Under the pieces are notes generated by a model that was given only the letters and a program-made list of their open reading frames with translations, made no database searches and was not told where the DNA came from. Position numbers and translations under genes: made by a program. From assembly GCA_026414225.1 (NCBI GenBank), contig JAOAJK010000008.1, positions 1,797 to 65,796 of the forward strand: a DNA stretch of 64,000 nucleotides, written 5' to 3'. This document shows, piece by piece, positions 19,304-27,290 of the stretch. This DNA is from Thermoplasmata archaeon. Lineage in GTDB: Archaea > Thermoplasmatota > Thermoplasmata > Lutacidiplasmatales > SKW197. Numbering within the stretch: the first letter of the stretch is position 1; each line of letters opens with the position of its first letter.

Positions 19304-20665
19304 TTAAAAGCTTTTCTCTGCGGTTTTTTTAACTGCCAGTTCTGCAGCAATGCAAACGGGGTTCCAGACATCGGCAACTGGTGGGGAGTAGCATGTATCC
19401 AGATGCACCAGGTCGCCCGCACTCAAGCCCCTGTCTATCGCAAGCGAGAGCAAATTCACATAGCCAGTTGCACCTTCCTTTGTGACAACCTGTCCGCCTA
19501 CAAGCCGCAGATTCTCCTTCAAAAACACGAGCTTCAACTTGATCTCACTTGCTCCCGGAAAGTATTCTGCACGGGTCTTCCACGGGACCGCCACGGACAC
19601 CACATCCATTCCGACAGCTTTTGCCTGCCACTCTGTGATGCTGACGGATCCAATCTCTGTGTCAAAGAGGCGCGTCACCGTGGCATTGAGCGTGCCCCTG
19701 TAAACCGCATTTCCACCGGCTGCATTCACCCCCGCGACCTTCCCCTGTCTCACCGCTGAGGTGCCGAGCATGGAAAGCACCGGCTTTCCCGTCACTCTAT
19801 GAATTGACTCTGCACAGTCCCCCGCGGCATAAATTCCCTGCTTGTTTGTTTCCATCCTCTCATTCACCTTTATACCGCCTGCCTCCCCCAGTTCAATTCC
19901 GGCATTCTTTGCGAGTTCGACATCTGGCTTTACGCCTGTTGCGAAGACAAGGACGTCGCAGGGAAATTCCTCACCTTCAACAATGACCTTGCTCACATTT
20001 TCGCCTCCTTCAACTCCGGTCACTTTCTTACCCAGAAGCACTTTAATTCCGTGCTGCTCTAGCTTCTCCTTGACAAGCTTTGCCATGTCATTGTCAAGCA
20101 CGGGTTTGAGGACGGTGTCAAGCAATTCGATGACCCAAACATTGATTCCCGCTTTCTTCAGGGCATAGGCGGTTTCCAGCCCTATCAGTCCCGCACCGAC
20201 GACCACCGCCCTCTTCGCCTGCTTCATCCTGGCACTGATGTTAATCGCGTCCTCAAGGGTCCGGAGCACAAATACTCCCTTTTTATCCACACCGGGAATT
20301 TTCGGCAATACTGGCTTTGCCCCAGTGCAGAGGATGAGGGTATCGTAGCACTCTGAATTTTCCTTCTGGGTTTCATCGATATATGTGATTCTATTTGTTC
20401 CTGGCTCAATGCCAGTGACCCTGCACCTCAACCTTGTTGTGACTTTGATAATTTTGAAGAAGTTATCCTTCTGCGTGATGAGATTTTTTGCATCTGGAAT
20501 TTCTCCATCAATTGTGAACGGGAGCCCGCATCTCGAGTATGGCAGGACCTTCTCATCAGTGAACATCGTAATCTGGATGTCGCGGTTCTCTTTCCTTGCG
20601 TTCATGGCCGCGGAAAGGGCTGCTGCGCCTCCACCCACTATCACCAATTTTTTGGACTGCAACAT
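19304..20665 (-). CDS. FAD-dependent pyridine nucleotide-disulfide oxidoreductase (CoA-disulfide reductase / NADH oxidase family)
   Basis: VIVGGGAAALSAA dinucleotide fold, a single redox Cys in YSRCGLPF, a second GxGxxG (VVVGAGLIGLE), and GDCA. Confidence 0.85.
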   Translation of the reverse strand: MLQSKKLVIVGGGAAALSAAMNARKENRDIQITMFTDEKVLPYSRCGLPFTIDGEIPDAKNLITQKDNFFKIIKVTTRLRCRVTGIEPGTNRITYIDETQKENSECYDTLILCTGAKPVLPKIPGVDKKGVFVLRTLEDAINISARMKQAKRAVVVGAGLIGLETAYALKKAGINVWVIELLDTVLKPVLDNDMAKLVKEKLEQHGIKVLLGKKVTGVEGGENVSKVIVEGEEFPCDVLVFATGVKPDVELAKNAGIELGEAGGIKVNERMETNKQGIYAAGDCAESIHRVTGKPVLSMLGTSAVRQGKVAGVNAAGGNAVYRGTLNATVTRLFDTEIGSVSITEWQAKAVGMDVVSVAVPWKTRAEYFPGASEIKLKLVFLKENLRLVGGQVVTKEGATGYVNLLSLAIDRGLSAGDLVHLDTCYSPPVADVWNPVCIAAELAVKKTAEKSF

Positions 20666-20835
20666 GCAGATAAATAAGGGAAGGGGTAAATAAGGGTAGT
20701 GTGCCCGCGGGCATTACCTGCAAATTACGCTAGCAAATGAAAAAGAAATGGCTCTGGGACATTTGGGGTAACCAAACTCAAACACATGATTGGAAAATCC
20801 AAGGGGAGTATAGAAACCGCTCTAGCAGATGCGAA

Positions 20836-21132
20836 TTAATCGGAACATCGAATTGATAGCGGGTATAACAATTTACTACAACGAATGTAACACAGCCCAG
20901 AACCATCGACAGTAAAGTTGAAGTGTGCCGTGGGAGAGGCATAGTTGCTGATGCCAACCGTTTGCGTGCGGATTGCATTGTCATTCGTGGTTTTCATTGC
21001 GTAAAAGACAGCCGTGTTTTCAACGAGCCCGGTGAGAATCTCGTGGGCAGTTTCTTCGAACTTGTAAGCATATGTGGCGTTGAAGCATCTAACAGGTAGG
21101 GCACCGGTTGGAATCTGTAGTTCCACGCTCAT
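20836..21132 (-). CDS. hypothetical protein (98 aa), translationally coupled to upstream TSP3-repeat ORF
   Basis: ATGA overlap with 21129..22103. No recognisable motif, so possibly not a real gene. Confidence 0.3.
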   Translation of the reverse strand: MSVELQIPTGALPVRCFNATYAYKFEETAHEILTGLVENTAVFYAMKTTNDNAIRTQTVGISNYASPTAHFNFTVDGSGLCYIRCSKLLYPLSIRCSD

Positions 21133-22103
21133 GTTCCCGCTCTGCTTAACCCAGAGCGAGGGAACACTGGATATATGGTTGCATCCTCAACCGGAACAAA
21201 CACAAACTGCTTGATGCTCCCTGCACTCACATTTATGCGGCTCGGGGAGTAGCCATCAGCAATTCTTATCCAGTACCACTTGCCCTTCTCAGCGTTTGAA
21301 ATCGTGTAGGTATGCCTGTCTGAGCTGGAGTTAAGAGCAATCTTGATTTGCCCAGTGCTGTTCGCCCACACACCGAGAAGGTAGTGAGATGTAGGTAGGC
21401 CAGATAGGTCCTTTTCTTCTCCAGCACGCAGTTCTGTTCTGTACCACCACACACCCTCATGCACCTCTTCTTTGTCGCTTAATCCGTCGCCATCGGTGTC
21501 GGCTGCACCTGGATTCGTGAAGTAGCGCCGCCATTCGAGGGAGTCGTTTAGGGCATCGCTGTCGGTATCAGCGGCGAGCGGGCTCGATTCCCACGCATCG
21601 AGCTTGCCGTCGGTGTCGGTATCCTCCTCGGGGTCAAGCAAGCCATCGTTATCGCTGTCGGTATCCCGCATGTTGGCTCTGCCGTCGTTATCGGTATCCA
21701 GCCAGTATAGGGGTTCGTCCCCGTCCTTGATGCCGTCGTTATCGCTGTCGCTGTCGCCCAAATCGCTGGTGCCATCGGCATCGGTATCTCTTATCACATG
21801 GACTTCGCGTCCGCTTACCGTATACTCGGGTCTCCCACATCTGTCCAGGCAGAGGAATGGCAGTGTGAGTTGGACGCTCGTGGCGTTGTAGCGCTCATAA
21901 CCGATATCAATATACCATTTGGACCTACCAGGGTCACCAGGAACCTCCTCATAATGATACGCGATTGCGCTCACCACATTGAAATAGCTGAATTGCGGTG
22001 GCTGAATTTCATGGAGCACTGGGAGTTGCCTGTAGTTTTCGCCCGAAGTACCGAACCGCTCAGAGAGCACCTCTGGAAGTGAATTCACTGCATCTTCACG
22101 CAA
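21129..22103 (-). CDS. thrombospondin type-3-like calcium-binding repeat protein (possibly 5'-truncated remnant)
   Basis: Runs of DTDADGTSDLGDSDSDNDGIKDGDE / DTDNDGRANMRDTDSDNDGLLDPEEDTDTDGKLD / DTDGDGLSDKEE. There is no ATG and no signal peptide at the 5' end: the track start is TTG, and the frame is open only 12 codons further upstream. Confidence 0.55.
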   Translation of the reverse strand: MREDAVNSLPEVLSERFGTSGENYRQLPVLHEIQPPQFSYFNVVSAIAYHYEEVPGDPGRSKWYIDIGYERYNATSVQLTLPFLCLDRCGRPEYTVSGREVHVIRDTDADGTSDLGDSDSDNDGIKDGDEPLYWLDTDNDGRANMRDTDSDNDGLLDPEEDTDTDGKLDAWESSPLAADTDSDALNDSLEWRRYFTNPGAADTDGDGLSDKEEVHEGVWWYRTELRAGEEKDLSGLPTSHYLLGVWANSTGQIKIALNSSSDRHTYTISNAEKGKWYWIRIADGYSPSRINVSAGSIKQFVFVPVEDATIYPVFPRSGLSRAGT

Positions 22104-22365
22104 GTCGTATGGTTCGGAACTATTCTGTGACGCATATTTTTATTATATCTGCTCTCTGCTCCCAGCATCACCGCCTACGGCGCCCAGAACAAAACACTCC
22201 GGACCAAAATGGAAGGGCAAATCTCTTTATCACACCCCATCTGCCCCAGAATATTCACTCTGGCGAAATTACAGTCACTGCAGAGTATCCCTTTGCTACG
22301 ATAAAAATTATCACGGGTTTCATTATAATCCGTCTGGGTTAAGACCATCCAAATCTGGTAAACTC

Positions 22366-23067
22366 CTATTTTCTTCTCTCCAGCGCATACCTCGCTGCTC
22401 CGAGTGCATTCACTATCTGCGGTTCTGGGGGCACAAGCACCTCACTGCTCACAGCTTCCCTGAATGCCTTCACAAACCCCCTGTTCTTTGCGACGCCCCC
22501 TATCAACACCACCTTCGCTGCCGGAGGCACGATCTCAACGACCTTCTTCGCAAATGCGTGGTTGAGTCCAGCAACCACATCCGCGGGTCTTGCACCATTT
22601 GCCAGATGGGAAAGAATCTCGGAGAGAGCAAAAACCGTGCAGGTATTATTGAGGTAAAGGATTTTCCCGTCATCCAGATTTTCAAGCATCTCAAAATCAA
22701 GCCCGAGATAGGCGAGAATAAACTCAAAGAAGGCCCCAGTGCCTGCACTGCACTTGTCGTTGATGTAGAACCTGTTATCCCTCAAATCCACTACCTTGAT
22801 ATCCTGCCCGCCAATGTCCACAACCACCTCACATTCAGGGAAATAATGCCGTGCTCCCACCATTGCCGCTGTGATCTCGGTGATTGTAAATTCGCTTTTA
22901 ACCTGCTTTCTGAAATACCCGGTGGTGCACAGGTTTCGGTTAATGTCGGGTATCAACTCCCTGTTTTTCGCTGTCCTGGTTACTTCCTTTCTAACTATCT
23001 CCTCGCCCTCGATCTCGACAAGTTTTGTGTATGTGCTTCCCAGGTCAAGTCCAATAAACTTCTCCAT
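22366..23067 (-). CDS. BadF/BadG/BcrA/BcrD-type ATPase (2-hydroxyacyl-CoA dehydratase activase-like)
   Basis: GLDLGSTYTK (ASKHA phosphate-1), DIGGQDIK, and the cluster-ligand contexts DKCSAGTGAFFE and TCTVFALSE typical of HgdC/BcrD activases. Confidence 0.8.
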   Translation of the reverse strand: MEKFIGLDLGSTYTKLVEIEGEEIVRKEVTRTAKNRELIPDINRNLCTTGYFRKQVKSEFTITEITAAMVGARHYFPECEVVVDIGGQDIKVVDLRDNRFYINDKCSAGTGAFFEFILAYLGLDFEMLENLDDGKILYLNNTCTVFALSEILSHLANGARPADVVAGLNHAFAKKVVEIVPPAAKVVLIGGVAKNRGFVKAFREAVSSEVLVPPEPQIVNALGAARYALERRK

Positions 23068-23069
23068 AA

Positions 23070-24602
23070 TCAGTGCCTGAAAACCCGCCAGCCAGTAAAC
23101 ACCATCGCCATTCCATACTCGTTCGCTGCATCAATTACCTCTCCATCCCTTATTGAGCCCCCTGGCTGAATCACCGCGGTGATTCCTGCCTTCGCCGCAG
23201 CATCGATACCATCCCTGAACGGGAAAAAGCCATCTGATGCCATCACCGCACCCCTTGCCCTCTCTCCTGCCTTCTCAGCCGCAATTTTCACAGCCATGAC
23301 CCTGCTCGTCTGCCCCGGTCCTATGCCTACGGTTTCATTCTCCCTCGCAAACACAATTCCATTGCTCACCACATGCTTCACGACCTTCCAGCCGAACAGC
23401 ATTGCCGCGATCTCCTCGTTTGTGGGCAAACGCCTGGAAGCGCACTTGAGTTCATTTTCGTCCAGCACCCTTGTATCCCTCTGCTGGATAAGCAACCCTC
23501 CGCCTACCTTCTTCATCTCATAGCCCTTCACTTCCCCGCATTTGCCTGTGCGGAGGACCATGCTCTTCTTTTTAGCAAGAACCTTCAGGGCACCCTCCTC
23601 ATAATCAGGCGCGATTATCGCATCCAGGAAATATTTTCTCATTTTCTGTGCGCACTCCTCCGTCACTGTTGAGTTGAAGGCAACAATGCCACCATACGCG
23701 GACAGCGGGTCACCCCCGATACACCGCATGAATGCAATGCTAGAATTTTCACCCTTTGCAACACTCGACGGATTCGTGTGCTTCACGATTGCACATGCGG
23801 GCTCGCTGAACTCCGTTACGATATTCCAGGCGGCATCAAGGTCAAGGATGTTGTTGTAGGAAAGTTCCTTACCCTGGATTTTCTCAGCGCTGGTGATGCA
23901 GGGAAAATTTACCGATGGCTCTGCGTAAAATGCCGCCTTCTGATGTGGATTTTCGCCATACCTCAAACCAAGTTTCTTTTCGAAAACGGCAATGAATGTA
24001 TCTGGAAATTCCTCGCCTATGAACTTCCTCTGGAAATAGTTATAAATCGCAGCATCGTAGACAGCAGTGGTGCGGAATGCCTCAACTGCAAGTTTCTCAA
24101 GCGTGCCTTCACTCAAACCCCCGTTTTTCTTCAGTTCCTCCAGAACCGGTTGATACTGTTCCTTTCTGGTGACCACGGCTGTATAGCGGTAATTTTTGGC
24201 TGCGGCCCTTATGAGGGATGGGCCCCCTATGTCTATGTTCTCCACCGCATCCACCAGCTTGTGCTCTCCTGCAATTGTTTTTTCAAAGGGGTATAGATTC
24301 ACGCACACCATTTCAATTCTCTGAATGTTGTGGATTTTTAACTGGCCGAGATGTTCTTCTTTATCCTCGGCGAGCACACCTCCAAAGATTGCTGGATGCA
24401 GGGTTTTCACCCTTCCATCGAGAATCTCAGGAAAACCCGTGAGATGGGAAACTTCCTTCACAGCAATTCCCGCATTTCTAAGCAGGGCCGCAGTGCCACC
24501 GGTGCTTATTATTTCCACACCCATCTGTGCAAGTCCCTTTGCAAACTCGGCAATCCCGCTCTTATCTGAAACACTCAGCAACGCACGAGAAATCTTCAGC
24601 AT
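23070..24602 (-). CDS. purH: bifunctional AICAR transformylase / IMP cyclohydrolase
   Basis: RALLSVSDKSGI..FAKGL...GVEIISTGGTA...GFPEILDGRVKTLHPAIFGG in the N-terminal MGS-like domain; C-terminal ...VVSNGIVFA...GIGPGQTSRV... Confidence 0.93.
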   Translation of the reverse strand: MLKISRALLSVSDKSGIAEFAKGLAQMGVEIISTGGTAALLRNAGIAVKEVSHLTGFPEILDGRVKTLHPAIFGGVLAEDKEEHLGQLKIHNIQRIEMVCVNLYPFEKTIAGEHKLVDAVENIDIGGPSLIRAAAKNYRYTAVVTRKEQYQPVLEELKKNGGLSEGTLEKLAVEAFRTTAVYDAAIYNYFQRKFIGEEFPDTFIAVFEKKLGLRYGENPHQKAAFYAEPSVNFPCITSAEKIQGKELSYNNILDLDAAWNIVTEFSEPACAIVKHTNPSSVAKGENSSIAFMRCIGGDPLSAYGGIVAFNSTVTEECAQKMRKYFLDAIIAPDYEEGALKVLAKKKSMVLRTGKCGEVKGYEMKKVGGGLLIQQRDTRVLDENELKCASRRLPTNEEIAAMLFGWKVVKHVVSNGIVFARENETVGIGPGQTSRVMAVKIAAEKAGERARGAVMASDGFFPFRDGIDAAAKAGITAVIQPGGSIRDGEVIDAANEYGMAMVFTGWRVFRH

Positions 24603-24611
24603 TTTTTCACC

Positions 24612-26240
24612 TTACATCTTTTTCGTGTTATCTGGCCCCATACCCTGGCAGTGCATGGGATTACATTGTGTGGCCGGTTTTCTCATCAGATAATTCTCCC
24701 AGCCAGAAAACTTCAGGATTGGCTTGAGGGCTTTCTTTCCATGCACCCATCTGTAGTAAAGGAAGTAAGCAAAGATGCTTCCCAGAAGCATGAACGGCTT
24801 TTTGTTGGGTTCCACCCAGCATTTCACATTGTGTTCCCAGCACCTGGCAATGAATTCCCACTGAAGCTCGTTCAGGTCGCTAAGGTCAGCATGCTTCTCC
24901 CTGTGCAGAATGCAGTCCTCCTCGCTTGTGAAAAGTAGAGGCACATAGAAAATTTTCATATCCTTCAACTTGTCCAGAAGTTCGAGGGTTTTAATTGTAT
25001 CTTCCGGTTTCTCATCAGGCAAACCTGTAATCAGAGTGCCAAGCGGATACATCCTGTTGTCGTTCATAATCTTGATTGCCTGCACCACGACTTCCTGCCA
25101 CTGTTCTGGCTTGTAAGGCAGCATCTTTCCCCGCATGTATTTTTCCATCAGGCGTTCGCTTCCTGTTTCTATCCCTACCTCGACGGTGCAGTAGGGGGTG
25201 TTATTGACATCTCTCCATCTGGACTTTTCAACCAGCAGTGGACAGATTTCTTCCATCATTTTGGGGTCATAGACCACTGGGGCAAGGGAGGCATGGGCAA
25301 TCTGGATAAGTTCAACTCCGGGCGTGTCATGCACCAACTTTATCAGCTTCACAATCGCTTCCCTGTTCGGAAGAAAGCCAGGTTTAGCATGGTAAAGGAA
25401 AACATCGTCTGTCTGGAGCGAAATCATCTTCGTCCCGTTTCTCGCGTTCAGCTGAACTTCCTTCATTATGTGCTCCAGCGGAAAGGAGTGTCGCTGCCGC
25501 ATCGTGGGGGAACAGAACGCACACCCCCTCCCGCAACCCCGCATTATCTCCACAAAACCGTAAAGGGCCGGTTTTTTGATTAACGGGATTGTTTCCGGCT
25601 CTGGTTTTTTGCATGTGACCAGTTTTGGCAGGGGTTCTCCATTCACCGCCTTTCTGAAAAGGGCCACTACCTCCGCTTCCGCCTCACCCATCACAATGGT
25701 ATCCAGTCCCATTTTCTCCTGCAACCCGGCTTTATGCACCTGCCACGCACCACTACCACCAAGAATTTTCTTAACACGATATTTTGAGAAGACAGGATTC
25801 GCAAGGAGGTCCTCAAACTCCGCCGCAGACATTGATTTTCCACTTACAGCCACCAGCCCCGTGTATGTCCTGCTCACAAATCCAATTCCGAGAGGGTCCA
25901 TAGATGTGATTCCCACAACCCTCGTATTCTCTCCGACAAAATGCTCGAGCATCGTGGGATAAACCGTTACCACATTTTCCTCTCCGAACTCCTCGATCAA
26001 CAGCGATTCCACCTTCCTCAATCCGTAGGGTGCAAACTTGGCTGTTCCATCAGGATTGAACGGTGTTGGAGGATACCAGTATTTGCGGAGCATGTCTCTA
26101 GGCACAATTTTCGACGGGAAGCCGCCTGTGAAGGCAATAAAGGCGTTGAGGTTGAAATCGCTCATTTCAATAGCCGAAGCCGTGAGAACAATCTTTTTTC
26201 CACCGGTGCGGCCATGTCCATTGTTTTTCCTGCCCAACAT
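24612..26240 (-). CDS. radical SAM protein with N-terminal B12-binding-like/Rossmann-like domain
   Basis: CX3CX2C in EIMRGCGRGCAFCSP. 542 aa; subfamily not recognised. Confidence 0.75.
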   Translation of the reverse strand: MLGRKNNGHGRTGGKKIVLTASAIEMSDFNLNAFIAFTGGFPSKIVPRDMLRKYWYPPTPFNPDGTAKFAPYGLRKVESLLIEEFGEENVVTVYPTMLEHFVGENTRVVGITSMDPLGIGFVSRTYTGLVAVSGKSMSAAEFEDLLANPVFSKYRVKKILGGSGAWQVHKAGLQEKMGLDTIVMGEAEAEVVALFRKAVNGEPLPKLVTCKKPEPETIPLIKKPALYGFVEIMRGCGRGCAFCSPTMRQRHSFPLEHIMKEVQLNARNGTKMISLQTDDVFLYHAKPGFLPNREAIVKLIKLVHDTPGVELIQIAHASLAPVVYDPKMMEEICPLLVEKSRWRDVNNTPYCTVEVGIETGSERLMEKYMRGKMLPYKPEQWQEVVVQAIKIMNDNRMYPLGTLITGLPDEKPEDTIKTLELLDKLKDMKIFYVPLLFTSEEDCILHREKHADLSDLNELQWEFIARCWEHNVKCWVEPNKKPFMLLGSIFAYFLYYRWVHGKKALKPILKFSGWENYLMRKPATQCNPMHCQGMGPDNTKKM

Positions 26241-26269
26241 CGTCTCGCCAACCTCGGATTACCTCGGGG

Positions 26270-26283
26270 AAATATATAATTTT
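26270..26283 (-). promoter_or_regulatory. TATA-like box for the radical SAM/purH operon
   Basis: aaatatataatttt lies about 30-40 nt upstream of the ATG at 26240. Confidence 0.35.
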
Positions 26284-26301
26284 CCACAATAACTTTGACC
26301 C

Positions 26302-26318
26302 GTAGTTTCGGAAACTAC
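26302..26318. promoter_or_regulatory. perfect 8-1-8 palindrome GTAGTTTC-G-GAAACTAC between divergent promoters
   Basis: Read directly from the sequence. It sits between the two TATA-like boxes of the radical-SAM operon and the wHTH gene, making it a candidate operator. Confidence 0.4.
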
Positions 26319-26326
26319 CTCGCAAC

Positions 26327-26339
26327 TTTTTTATATTAA
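26327..26339 (+). promoter_or_regulatory. TATA-like box for the wHTH regulator gene
   Basis: ttttttatattaa lies about 20-30 nt upstream of the ATG at 26359. Confidence 0.35.
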
Positions 26340-26358
26340 TTTGTTAATTATAGATTGA

Positions 26359-26817
26359 ATGGAGAACCAACAGATTAACCTCCTGCTAGAAGACAAGATT
26401 CTCCTTCATCTCATGGATTTTGCCAAGTACAGGGGCAAATTTGAGAGCCCCAGTGGCGTGACAGTGGTAGGTATAAGCAGGGCTTTGCGGGTCCATCCGA
26501 GAATCCTTCCCCCTATCCTTGATAAACTCAAGTCCGTAAATCTGGTGTGTGAAGAATGGAACTGGGTAGTTGGGTGCAATGCCAAGAAAAAGGTGTATTT
26601 TCTTACTCCCACTGGGATTGCAGAGGCGAAAAGAATTCTTGAAAATCTGAAGAACCGTTCCGTGAGAATAAGGCATGGAAACAGGGAGTTTGATGCGAAG
26701 TTCTGCGATGTAAACTCAATTCTGGGCATGAACATGAGAACCGTGGAGATTCTCTGCTGCATGAGCGATGATGGCTGCATCGACCTCAACATGCGAAACC
26801 GTATGATAAGATTTTAA
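26359..26817 (+). CDS. putative winged-helix DNA-binding protein
   Basis: 152 aa. ILLHLMDF......GVTVVGISRALRV....ILPPILDKLKSVNLV......KKKVYFLTPTGI resembles a MarR/ArsR-like wHTH. Weak, motif-level only. Confidence 0.45.
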   Translation: MENQQINLLLEDKILLHLMDFAKYRGKFESPSGVTVVGISRALRVHPRILPPILDKLKSVNLVCEEWNWVVGCNAKKKVYFLTPTGIAEAKRILENLKNRSVRIRHGNREFDAKFCDVNSILGMNMRTVEILCCMSDDGCIDLNMRNRMIRF

Positions 26818-27281
26818 GCCCCCATGCCCACTTTTGGCTTTTCTTCACCACCTGCACCCATGCCTTCTTTTCGCAGTTCCTGGATTGATGGGATGAGCAT
26901 ACCCAGAATCGTGAGAAAGATAATGGTAATCATTATCATGGAAAAGACCAGCACTGGGGCGTCGAGCTGGACCACCCAGGACCATTCGGGTATCCACGAG
27001 GGGTCTGCAGGATTCCTGTAGGTCATGTTGGCATCCAGGATGTGAATGTCCCCGGGGTTCACAGAGATAAATATGAACATAATCACGATTGCCATTATCA
27101 GCAGGTACAGGTTGGCGCCGAGCGGTTGGGTCCAGTCCTCCTTTCCCCTGGGGTATCGGAGCGAGATGTAAATCAGGCAGGCAAGGATCAGGATTATGAT
27201 TGTCCAGAGCAGTGAGACATTCATCACAATATAGAGGAGCACGAAACCGACGAGCAAAATTATAAACACGATGATTTCCAA
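26814..27281 (-). CDS. small membrane protein (about 4 TM), last gene of the surface-protein/AAA operon
   Basis: 155 aa with hydrophobic helices; its start lies 9 nt after the AAA gene stop. Confidence 0.55.
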   Translation of the reverse strand: MEIIVFIILLVGFVLLYIVMNVSLLWTIIILILACLIYISLRYPRGKEDWTQPLGANLYLLIMAIVIMFIFISVNPGDIHILDANMTYRNPADPSWIPEWSWVVQLDAPVLVFSMIMITIIFLTILGMLIPSIQELRKEGMGAGGEEKPKVGMGA

Positions 27282-27290
27282 GGACTCACC

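Noticed and set aside
20701-20714. Palindrome gtgcccgcgggcat between the TSP3-repeat locus and the oxidoreductase gene; considered a terminator hairpin or operator
   Set aside because: It is a single short GC palindrome with essentially no loop, no flanking T-run and no second copy in the window. That is insufficient evidence for function.
21548-21891. Alternate-frame ORFs (77 and 95 aa, Ser/Leu/Pro-rich) inside the TSP3-repeat gene
   Set aside because: They are products of the repetitive GAY-rich coding sequence read in other frames. The DxDxDG frame is the only one with a recognisable repeat.
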